Origin: Pseudomonadota bacterium
GTDB lineage: Bacteria > Bdellovibrionota_C > UBA2361 > OMII01
Direction of reading: 5' to 3'
Assembly: GCA_038134595.1 (NCBI GenBank)
Contig: JAYPVM010000018.1
Coordinates: forward strand, 1-29,054
Length of the DNA: 29,054 nt
The translations under genes and the position numbers were made by a program. Positions 8,315 to 16,349 of the stretch are shown here, piece after piece. The first letter of the stretch is position 1; the number at the start of each line of letters is the position of its first letter. The notes beneath the pieces were generated by a model. That model saw nothing but the letters and a program-made list of their open reading frames with translations, did no database searches and had not been told where the DNA came from.

Positions 8315-11300
8315 ATGAAAGCTCGTTACGCAGAACTTCAGGTCACTACAAACTATTCCTTTTTACGGGGAGCAAGCCATCCACACGAATACGTATGGCG
8401 TGCCCGCGAACTGGGTTATACGGCAATCGGTATTACTGACTACAACTCTTTTGCTGGCATTATTAAAGCTCATCAAGCCGCACGAGATGCAGATATACAG
8501 CTCTGTATCGGATGTAGACTCACTATCGACTATCAGGGAGACACTACTAGTCAGAGCCTCGCGCATAGCGATGAACAATGCTTGCAGAGCGTTCTCGTGT
8601 ATCCCACCTCGCGTAGTGCCTATGGGAAACTCTGTTCATTACTATCAGACGGAAGGCAGCGCACATCAAAGAACGACTTTCTGGTGTCGCTTGATGAATT
8701 TCTTTCGATCCAAAATGAATGTGTCTCGGTTATTATTCCGCCCTTTTTTCAAACACGCGCCCACCTACAGAACAATTCGGTTTCGTTAAACACAAGCACT
8801 GCGATATTTTACTCTTTATGTTCGATCATTAAGGAGAATGCGTCCCCACAGAAAACCTCGATTTCAATAGCATTTTCTCTACAATACGCAACGACCGCAA
8901 AGCATGCGGTAACAGCTGTCGTACAAACTTCACACGCCTTATCGATTCCACTTGTCGCAACAAATGATGTCTTCTATCACATAGCCGAACGCTACACCCT
9001 TCAGGATACCCTGACAGCGATTCGTACTGGAACAACTGTAGCGCAAGCTGGCACAGCACTCTTTCAAAACAGAGAGCGATACCTAAAAGCCCCTGCTGAG
9101 ATGCATCGGCTGTTTCGCGATTTTCCCGAAGCACTCTCAAGGATACACCATATAACTGAAATAGCCTCTGGCTTCTCTATTGCTCAGCTTACTTATACAT
9201 ATCCCAAAGAGATCGCTCCTGAAGGAAAAACTCCACACCAATACCTCAAAGAACTCACATATAAAGGAGCACAGGAGCGATATCCCAACGGCATACCCAC
9301 AACAGTCCATGCTGCACTACGCTCTGAGCTCTCACTTATTAAGGAGCTTCAATACGAAAAATATTTCTTAACGTGCTTTGACATTGTGTCGTTTGCAAAA
9401 AAACGGGGCATTCTGTGTCAGGGACGTGGCGCAGCGGCAAATTCTGTTGTCTGCTTTTGCTTAGGAATTACAGCAGTTGATCCTACAAAGATAGATCTGC
9501 TGTTTGCTCGCTTTGTCAGCAAAGAGCGCGAAGAACCCCCCGATATCGATATCGATTTTGAGCACGAGCGCCGCGAAGAAGTAATTCAGTATATCTATGA
9601 GCGTTATGGACGAGATCGCGCAGCACTTGTAGCAGGAGTCGTCACATTTCAGCCCCGTAGTGCTATTCGAGAGGTGGGAAAAGCATTAGGGCTCTCACTT
9701 GAAACCGTCTCGACACTTGCCCGGCACACTCATCACTGGACCGGCAACACTTTATCGGCAGAGACCTTTCAAGAAATGGGACTCAATCTTTTTGACCCTA
9801 CGATACAAAATACACTCTCACTAACCCGAGAACTAATCGGATTTCCTCGACACCTCACGCAACACGTCGGTGGTTTTATTATCTGCGACACACCGCTACG
9901 TGAAATCGTGCCGATTATTCCTGCAAGTATGGCAGGGCGTACGATCATCGAGTGGGACAAAAACGACATCGAGGAGCTCGGCATGCTCAAAATTGATGTG
10001 CTGGCATTAGGTATGCTGACCTGCATCCGGAAAGCTTTCGAGGAAATACAAAAGCGAACCGGCATCGAGCATTCTTTGTATTCAATTCCGCAAGACGATC
10101 CAGCAGTATACGACATGCTATGCGCCTCAGATAGCATGGGAGTCTTTCAGGTTGAATCGCGCGCCCAAATGGCGATGCTTCCTCGCCTCCGCCCCCGCAC
10201 CTTCTATGATTTGGTGATAGAAGTTGCGATCGTGCGACCCGGTCCGATTCAAGGAAACATGGTTCATCCCTATCTACGACGGAGACAAGGACTGGAGCGC
10301 CCCTACTACCCCGACAAACGTGTTGAAAGGATCTTAGGTAAAACTCTTGGAGTCCCTATCTTTCAGGAACAAGCGATGCGTCTAGCTATCTCGCTTGCAA
10401 ACTTCACTCCGGGGGAAGCTGAAAAGCTACGTCGTGCTATGTCTGCATGGAAAACACATGAAGGGGTCATTCAAAGATTTAAAATACGTATCATTAAGGG
10501 TATGACCGAGAACGGCTATTCAGAATCATTCGCTGAAACATGTCTTAATCAGATAAAAGGCTTTAGTGAATACGGCTTTCCGGAATCTCATGCCGCATCG
10601 TTTGCACATCTTGTGTACGCCTCTGCATGGATAAAAAAACATTATCCAGCAGAATTTACCTGTGCACTTCTTAATAGCCAACCGATGGGATTTTATGCCC
10701 CCGCACAACTTGTTGAAGATGCAAGAAGACATGGCGTACATGTGCTTCCTATCGATGCACAAGATTCTGCATGGGACGCCACGCTTGTAGACAATCCCAA
10801 CGGAACACATCCCTCTATCCGTCTCGGACTACGACTTGTAAGGGGACTTCGCACATCTCAAGCACAAGAGTTAGAAGAGAATCGATTATTACGCCACCAA
10901 GATAGCACTACAGAGGCAACCTCATTAGATACCTTTCGAGTACGTAATCCGGGAATTACAAAACACACCCTCTCTATTCTTGCGCGAGCCGATGCCTTAC
11001 GGTCTCTTAATCTATCGAGGCGAAATGCCCACTGGCAGGTTCAAGCGTTAGCCGCAGAGCCTGCTCCTCTTGATACGCTCTTTACGACCAGAAGTGATGA
11101 TGCCACATCACAGCTTCTTCCACTCTCCGAGCAAGCAGAGATGTTCTCGGATTATGAATCACACGGACTCTCGCTACGTGCGCATCCGTGCTCGTTTATC
11201 CGCACGAATCTCGATAAGAAACGATGTAATACTATCGAGTCCCTTCATGTGCGATACGGTATCAAAGCTAATACCAGAGTCTCTGTAGGGGGACTTGTCA

Positions 11301-11554
11301 TAACTCGACAGCGACCAGGAACAGCCAAAGGTGTTGTATTTCTTACATTAGAGGACGAAACAGGCACTGCCAATGTGGTAATTCGTCCATCACTGTTCAC
11401 AGAACAAAGAGAGCTTGTCATGTATTCAACGGCACTGCTTGTACACGGAAAATTACAGCGAATCGGTGAAGTTATTTACCTTGAAGCGTACTCGCTAAGT
11501 GCGCTCGCTCTTGACACAGTAAGAGATAACACACACTCCTGTTACTCTGTATGA
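8315..11554 (+). CDS. dnaE2: Error-prone DNA polymerase III alpha subunit DnaE2 (ImuC)
   Basis: YAELQVTTNYSFLRGASHP PHP start, QGRGAAANS, PPDIDIDFEHERREEVIQY, KIDVLALG, YGFPESHAASF and the OB-fold RQRPGTAKGVVFLTLEDETG. ATG 8315 follows GGAG and the imuB stop. Confidence 0.96.
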   Translation: MKARYAELQVTTNYSFLRGASHPHEYVWRARELGYTAIGITDYNSFAGIIKAHQAARDADIQLCIGCRLTIDYQGDTTSQSLAHSDEQCLQSVLVYPTSRSAYGKLCSLLSDGRQRTSKNDFLVSLDEFLSIQNECVSVIIPPFFQTRAHLQNNSVSLNTSTAIFYSLCSIIKENASPQKTSISIAFSLQYATTAKHAVTAVVQTSHALSIPLVATNDVFYHIAERYTLQDTLTAIRTGTTVAQAGTALFQNRERYLKAPAEMHRLFRDFPEALSRIHHITEIASGFSIAQLTYTYPKEIAPEGKTPHQYLKELTYKGAQERYPNGIPTTVHAALRSELSLIKELQYEKYFLTCFDIVSFAKKRGILCQGRGAAANSVVCFCLGITAVDPTKIDLLFARFVSKEREEPPDIDIDFEHERREEVIQYIYERYGRDRAALVAGVVTFQPRSAIREVGKALGLSLETVSTLARHTHHWTGNTLSAETFQEMGLNLFDPTIQNTLSLTRELIGFPRHLTQHVGGFIICDTPLREIVPIIPASMAGRTIIEWDKNDIEELGMLKIDVLALGMLTCIRKAFEEIQKRTGIEHSLYSIPQDDPAVYDMLCASDSMGVFQVESRAQMAMLPRLRPRTFYDLVIEVAIVRPGPIQGNMVHPYLRRRQGLERPYYPDKRVERILGKTLGVPIFQEQAMRLAISLANFTPGEAEKLRRAMSAWKTHEGVIQRFKIRIIKGMTENGYSESFAETCLNQIKGFSEYGFPESHAASFAHLVYASAWIKKHYPAEFTCALLNSQPMGFYAPAQLVEDARRHGVHVLPIDAQDSAWDATLVDNPNGTHPSIRLGLRLVRGLRTSQAQELEENRLLRHQDSTTEATSLDTFRVRNPGITKHTLSILARADALRSLNLSRRNAHWQVQALAAEPAPLDTLFTTRSDDATSQLLPLSEQAEMFSDYESHGLSLRAHPCSFIRTNLDKKRCNTIESLHVRYGIKANTRVSVGGLVITRQRPGTAKGVVFLTLEDETGTANVVIRPSLFTEQRELVMYSTALLVHGKLQRIGEVIYLEAYSLSALALDTVRDNTHSCYSV

Positions 11555-11784
11555 AGTATTACACCACAGTAGAATCTTTTCTCCGGCGTCTCATTTTTTT
11601 TGCCGAAATAAATATTCTTCTGGACATCAATTAAATTTCTGTTATCCCTAATGACGTTGCTTTATAGAAGCAGCTAGCAAGAGCATTGTTCTTGTTAAAC
11701 TTTAGTTCGTTTAACAATTTTCACTATAGGAAATTTATATAGAAGAAAAAGCTAAAACGACTCTCTTACTTTTTAGGGGGGCTT

Positions 11785-11922
11785 ATGTATAAAAAATCAA
11801 ACAACAATCACACCAATTCCTATCCAAATGTTCAGTCCGTGTGTGAAGCCCTATCGTTGTTGCCTTTCCTCCTACAGCCCCCGTATTACTTTATTATGCG
11901 GACTGCTTGTCCGCCACTGTAA
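11785..11922 (+). CDS. Possible 45-aa small ORF / leader peptide
   Basis: AGGGGGG 3 nt before the ATG; MYKKSNNNHTNSYPNVQSVCEALSLLPFLLQPPYYFIMRTACPPL*. The stop falls in the first 19-bp repeat. No homology recognised. Confidence 0.3.
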   Translation: MYKKSNNNHTNSYPNVQSVCEALSLLPFLLQPPYYFIMRTACPPL

Positions 11923-11976
11923 CCCGGAAATTACTCTGTAACCCGGAAATAACTCTGTAACTCGGAAATTACTCTG
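11917..11976. repeat. 19-bp tandem repeat, 3 copies
   Basis: ctgtaacccggaaattact / ctgtaacccggaaataact / ctgtaactcggaaattact + ctg. Confidence 0.95.
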
Positions 11977-11997
11977 AGAAACTAACAATCTCATAGC

Positions 11998-12310
11998 GTA
12001 AGCCGTTATTTACTTGGCTTGCTTATCACTCATCGCGCCTACAATCGGGGTGAGTCATAACACGCGGAGGGAAGATGACTCTTATTGCATCTAAGCATGT
12101 ACGCTGTTGTGCGTGCCCTGAAAATGATTATTTAACTTCGTTAGGCTTGTCCCATCAGGCGTTACCGAGCAGCAGTAAGCACGCTCCGTTTGGCGGTCCG
12201 CAGGTGGCGCCTATATTTAAAAGTATCTCTCAGAAGAGATCGGAACCTCCTCCGTAGCGAAACAGTCCTCAACACGCGTGCAAAATAAAAACTGGCACTC
12301 CTAAGAGCCA
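11998..12310 (+). ncRNA. Candidate structured RNA element (leader of the G6PD-like gene), family unknown
   Basis: Hand-found stems, many needing G-U pairs on +: GTAAGCCG/TGGCTTGC, GCATGTAC/GTGCGTGC, AGGCGTTACC/GGTGGCGCCT, ATCTCT/AGAGAT, and a long-range CACGCG (12061)/CGCGTG (12285). Confidence 0.4.
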
Positions 12311-12344
12311 AAATACAAATCAAAAAATACTTTTTAGGATCAAC

Positions 12345-13781
12345 ATGACATCATACATCGACATAAAAAAGCTAACCGATCGACGACAACCATTACAGGA
12401 CGCAAATAACGAGTTTCTCAAATGCCCTCCTAGGACTGTACTAGTCGTAGGTTCTGGAGATGTCACTCAAAAGCAGCTTCCGGCTTTTAAACTTCTACAA
12501 GCTTCCGGCGCTCAAGTGCTCTTTGCTGACAGTTGGAAAGACGGTCTCGGTCAACTCGGTTCAGCCGACTGGATTAACGGTGAAAATCTCTATGAAATTG
12601 ATGGCCGTGAGCAAGAGTTGCGCAATCGCATCAAGGAAATGGGAGGGGCAGACCTCATAGTAGTAAATAATGCTCCCTCGAATCATCTTACCACCTCGCT
12701 AGCATTCAAAAATGAGCTTAGCCAAGACGGTCGGATCGTATTACAGAAACCTCAGGATACAAATTTTCCCTTGGTGCAAACGTTAAACGATCCTATGAAT
12801 GTAGTCTTGTACGCTGAATTTATGAAGCGAACGTTTGTTCACGACCACTACAGAAATAAATCCGTCGTGCCGGGACTCTACAGCGCACTTGCTAGCGCCA
12901 TCAACACAAATGGGCGAATTACAAAGATGATGTTCTTTGTGACAGAGCCAACCAGTATGGTAGAGCAACAGCATCGGGTACACGCACTGAAAGATGGCAT
13001 GATTCAAGATCTAGCAGTACATTCCTTTGACATTTTCCTAGAGACACTTATCTATTCCAATCTTTGGCAGGTCCGAGGGGAGCAATATGCACTCCGTACC
13101 GGTGCTCGCGTTGATTTACTTGGGACCGATACCGGCTTTGAGATCAAAACTGCGTTCCCCCGCGACTGTGAGACCTTTAGCGCAATAGATATCGAGGTCA
13201 CGGAGCACCTGTTGATGGATGTTGATAGAGATGGGCGACCTAACGGCTCGGGAGCGCTTGCTGAGAACAAAATTGACGTTCTCTTTGTCCAAGGTAAAGG
13301 TGTCGTGCGAGAAAATGGCGATGATTCTCCACTTAAATCTGTCGTTGTAGCCTTTGAGGATGGGCACCAAGCGGTAGTCGATCTGAACACCCTTAACTTT
13401 AAAGGGCTTCCTATCGACAGAGGCCAGATTAATACCCATCACGGAGGATTAAACAGACCCTATATGCTTTTACTCCAAGAGAATCTCAGACACGCTACGG
13501 AGGGATTTGGAGGAAGAGATTTTCCTCAGTTTCAGCAACTGCACGAGGCAACGGAGATATCAAAGTTAGCATTTCATTCAAAGGGTTTGGCCCAAAAGGC
13601 CGGTACTAAGGGACGTGGATATGCGCACGGCTCCTCGATCGGTGAACTCGTGCGCGGGATGATTGAGAGGGGAACAATTCGTAATACCTGGAACGACTCT
13701 CTCTTCTCTGAGGGACAGATCAATCTCTCTCTATTCGCCGTGGACCAAGAGCTACGAGATCAAAATCTTTATTTTGCTTAG
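12345..13781 (+). CDS. Divergent NAD(P)-dependent dehydrogenase, G6PD / Gfo-Idh-MocA superfamily
   Basis: Rossmann VLVVGSGDVTQKQLPA, RIVLQKP (EKP motif), DHYRNK (cf. G6PD DHYLGK) and GMIQDLAVH; AGGA RBS. Confidence 0.75.
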   Translation: MTSYIDIKKLTDRRQPLQDANNEFLKCPPRTVLVVGSGDVTQKQLPAFKLLQASGAQVLFADSWKDGLGQLGSADWINGENLYEIDGREQELRNRIKEMGGADLIVVNNAPSNHLTTSLAFKNELSQDGRIVLQKPQDTNFPLVQTLNDPMNVVLYAEFMKRTFVHDHYRNKSVVPGLYSALASAINTNGRITKMMFFVTEPTSMVEQQHRVHALKDGMIQDLAVHSFDIFLETLIYSNLWQVRGEQYALRTGARVDLLGTDTGFEIKTAFPRDCETFSAIDIEVTEHLLMDVDRDGRPNGSGALAENKIDVLFVQGKGVVRENGDDSPLKSVVVAFEDGHQAVVDLNTLNFKGLPIDRGQINTHHGGLNRPYMLLLQENLRHATEGFGGRDFPQFQQLHEATEISKLAFHSKGLAQKAGTKGRGYAHGSSIGELVRGMIERGTIRNTWNDSLFSEGQINLSLFAVDQELRDQNLYFA

Positions 13782-13791
13782 ACTACAACCG

Positions 13792-14281
13792 AGATGTGCA
13801 GATGCAACGCGCTCTGCGTATATCTGTCGTTATCGTTTAACAAACAGTGCGGCTCGTAAGGGCCGCAGTTTACCAAGGAAGTTACTGAACTGTATAAGGG
13901 CTTGGTAGGCAAAAGCCAAAATCTGAGCCTTAATTTGACGCGCCTATTGTAGCGGCGTATTTGTTCTGCACGAGCTTTATGATACGCGGTATCCCGCATG
14001 CTGAAAAAAGGTGCCTGACTTCTTTTGCGAAAGTAGCCGGATCCCTCTTCCGAATAAGATGATTCGAATCAAGCTACTGGCGGGGGGTTAACTTCGTTCG
14101 CACCTTCAAACGAAGACTTCCCCTCCATGAACCGCTGTCGGCCACCTTTAACGCGGATGAGAAGAAATAGGTTCGATGTAACGGACCTACGTGCTAGATG
14201 CTTCAGATTAAGGTTACGCTTGTAGGTCCCCTGGAAATCTATTTTTCTTAAGGGGCTTTGAAGCAACCGCCATTATTTTTT
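13792..14281 (+). ncRNA. Candidate structured RNA element downstream of the G6PD-like gene, family unknown
   Basis: TGCGGCTC-GTAA-GGGCCGCA GNRA hairpin, TACCAAG/CTTGGTA, and a domain closed by TGGCGG (14078)/CCGCCA (14267) containing several stems and followed by a T-rich tract. No convincing ORF. Confidence 0.4.
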
Positions 14282-14448
14282 CGCCTCGCGAGACCGCGGC
14301 AAGTTAATGGCCACTTGTAATCCTCGATTTGACCTAGATTATTTACCTGTCATAGGAGTTGATTTCGCGGTTTGATGGGGTCGACTGCCTGTAGCCGAAA
14401 GAGGGTAACGTACGGTATACTATAAAGAGGTTCCAACTACTGGGGAGT

Positions 14449-15237
14449 ATGCTCACTATGCTTATATTAACCACCATCGATGAAGCAGGCACTGCGACTA
14501 TCACTCTAAATGACGCACAGAATCTAAACGCTATGAGCGAGGCGATGGCTGTTGAATTTAAGCAAGCTGTACAAAGCCTCCGCGCTCATAGCGGTCTTCG
14601 CGCAGTTGTACTAAGAGGAGCAGGCCGTTCATTCTCGGCAGGTGGTCATCTTGAAATGCTCAAGGCAAAACAGCAGAACACCGAGCGAGAAAATCATGCC
14701 GGCATGCTTGAATTCTATAACTCCTTTCTCTGCATAACGTCACTAAACGTTCCCATCATCGCCGCTATGCATGGCGCTGCGGTCGGTGCTGGGCTTTGTG
14801 TAGCGTGTGCCGCAGATATTAGAATCGCAACGGAGTCTACGAAGTTAGGATTTACATTTTTAAAATTGGGCCTACATCCGGGAATGGGATGTACGTTTTT
14901 TCTCCCTCGAATTGTTGGGCAGGCCCGTGCAACAGAGCTTCTAGCAACAGGCCGCATGGTCTCGAGTGCTGAAGCACTGTCCATGGGGCTTATCTCTAAG
15001 GTCTGCCCGCCTGCAGAGCTCGATCAGTCGGTAAGTGCTGTTTTAGAGGAGATATCAAAATGTGGTCCACAGGCAACATCACAACTTATCGAAACGATGC
15101 GAGGTGATCTTTCGAGCCTTCCAGCTGCTCTTGAGCGTGAAGCAAGTTGCCAAGCAAAAAATTATAAGAGTTCCGAATTTAAGGAAGGCTTGCAATCTGT
15201 TATCCAAAAGCGCTCAGCTTCGTTTTCGAAGCCCTAA
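14449..15237 (+). CDS. Enoyl-CoA hydratase/isomerase (crotonase) family protein
   Basis: ATITLN...NLNAM, FSAGGHL, PIIAAMHGAAVGAG, ADIRIA and LGLHPGMG motifs. Start may be ATG 14458. Confidence 0.93.
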   Translation: MLTMLILTTIDEAGTATITLNDAQNLNAMSEAMAVEFKQAVQSLRAHSGLRAVVLRGAGRSFSAGGHLEMLKAKQQNTERENHAGMLEFYNSFLCITSLNVPIIAAMHGAAVGAGLCVACAADIRIATESTKLGFTFLKLGLHPGMGCTFFLPRIVGQARATELLATGRMVSSAEALSMGLISKVCPPAELDQSVSAVLEEISKCGPQATSQLIETMRGDLSSLPAALEREASCQAKNYKSSEFKEGLQSVIQKRSASFSKP

Positions 15238-15420
15238 TGCACACCAAGTGCCGATCGCAACTAGCAGTGTGTGTACAAGAGAGAACCACATCCCTTCAAA
15301 GTTACCCGTAGCACTTGCTGTTTGATACAACTGAAATGCGACAACGAGCACTACCACAGCAATTAAGATCATTGCTTTTTTTACATCTAAGACTGGAAGT
15401 TCTTGTGAATCGTTATCCAT
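15214..15420 (-). CDS. Small membrane protein (two TM segments)
   Basis: 68 aa with two hydrophobic stretches and GGAG upstream; converges on the crotonase gene. Confidence 0.65.
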   Translation of the reverse strand: MDNDSQELPVLDVKKAMILIAVVVLVVAFQLYQTASATGNFEGMWFSLVHTLLVAIGTWCALGLRKRS

Positions 15421-15475
15421 TGCAAATAGTAGCTCCTATGGGCCTCGTTTCTTAGTGACCGACCTTCCAAATGCT

Positions 15476-15515
15476 AACGGGGGCCAGCATCTCTTTCAAG
15501 ACACTGCCCCCCGTT
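15476..15515 (-). terminator. Strong hairpin / probable terminator after the 105-aa gene
   Basis: Minus strand AACGGGGGGCAGTGTCTT-GAAA-GAGATGCTGGCCCCCGTT, with G-U pairs favouring minus; only a weak U tract. Confidence 0.55.
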
Positions 15516-15541
15516 TTTCATGATTTCTCTACTCTTGCTTC

Positions 15542-15859
15542 CTAGCGAAGAAGCGTCAGACGCTCTTGAATTGCATCCGGGTCGCCCTCGTAATCCTTCA
15601 AGCTCACTTGGAGCGATTGTGGGTCTAAATCGAGGTGCAATGCTACCCAAGCAAAGCTAAACGGCACCTTCGGTGTTAGCTTACCGAAGAGCCACTGTCG
15701 GGCACTACGCACGACGTGTCGCTCACAGTGTGCTGTTCCAAACGCATCACAGATCGCTCGAGCCAAGACAGCGGCCAAGAGATTTCTCTCTGGCTTTACC
15801 GGGGAGGATGCTTCAGCTTCGTCTTCGGGCAGGAATTTATTGGCGGAATTACTACTCAT
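15542..15859 (-). CDS. Conserved-looking hypothetical protein, 105 aa
   Basis: AGGAGA RBS; PERNLLAAVLARAICD...ARQWL...FSFAWVALHLDLDP resembles a small helical family I recall from phages and delta-like bacteria. Confidence 0.8.
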   Translation of the reverse strand: MSSNSANKFLPEDEAEASSPVKPERNLLAAVLARAICDAFGTAHCERHVVRSARQWLFGKLTPKVPFSFAWVALHLDLDPQSLQVSLKDYEGDPDAIQERLTLLR

Positions 15860-16135
15860 ACGTAGGGTCTCTCCTGTTATTTGAGGCGGTTAGCGTTTAG
15901 GTTTGATTGATCTGATCTGATCTGTTTCGATCTCAAAAATTGCGTGCGATAGCTTTGCGACGCTTTCCCCAAGCGTTGCATGCTTCTTTCATCATACAAC
16001 AGGCTGTTTCCAGAACCTCGAACAGTCACCATACAGATTAAGTCCTACCGATTGGATATCGCGTTTTACGGGGTTATGAAGCCTAACAACACTTAGCAAT
16101 TAAGTAGTTGGGCTCGCTCACAAATCTGGCTTCAG

Positions 16136-16164
16136 AAAGTACATAAATTGACTGTCAAGGTCAA
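16136..16164 (-). promoter_or_regulatory. Putative sigma70 promoter for the 105-aa gene
   Basis: Minus strand TTGACC-17 nt-TACTTT, overlapped by the palindrome TTGAC-T-GTCAA. Confidence 0.5.
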
Positions 16165-16290
16165 TAGTTTTTTTAAGTTACTTTAAGTAAACATAGCGTT
16201 CTACTGAGGCAAACAAAAGGTGTCATCTTGGCGCGAGGCTGGTGAATCCTGGCTAGGTCGAATCTCTCTTATTGGGAGCTTGTTGTGGGT

Positions 16291-16319
16291 TTGACATTAG
16301 GGACTCGACGGAGTAGCAT
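16291..16319 (+). promoter_or_regulatory. Putative sigma70 promoter of the RRM-bS18 gene
   Basis: TTGACA-17 nt-TAGCAT, then the AAGGAG RBS (16338-16343) and ATG 16350. Confidence 0.7.
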
Positions 16320-16349
16320 TCCGGCCTCATTAATTTTAAGGAGTTTTTA

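Noticed and set aside
8315..9000. Degenerate PHP metal ligands suggesting a dnaE2 pseudogene
   Set aside because: Loss of PHP histidines is common in DnaE2; the frame and the polymerase aspartates are intact.
11917..11976. CRISPR array
   Set aside because: The repeats are directly adjacent with no spacers, only 19 bp long, and no cas genes are present.
11998..12012. RNase P RNA 3' end on the minus strand (AACGGCTTAC)
   Set aside because: The required GAGGAAAGTCC partner is absent.
13778..13790. Group I intron P7 (AGACTACA just after the ORF stop)
   Set aside because: No complementary TAGTC / S element was found downstream in the gap.
12075..14266. Short ORFs 12075..12257, 13778..13999 and 14069..14266 as genes
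   Set aside because: No recognisable protein features and they coincide with the hairpin-rich sequence. 12075..12257 has a GGAGG upstream, so it cannot be fully excluded.
11555..14448. Retron or mobile group II intron with an encoded RT
   Set aside because: The enclosed ORF has Rossmann dehydrogenase motifs and no YxDD RT signature; there is no RT, transposase or integrase in the window.
15945..15985. c-di-GMP-I riboswitch on the minus strand (GAAAGCGTCGCAAAGCTA)
   Set aside because: It lacks the GGCAAA 5' strand and the P2 tetraloop receptor (CTAA...).
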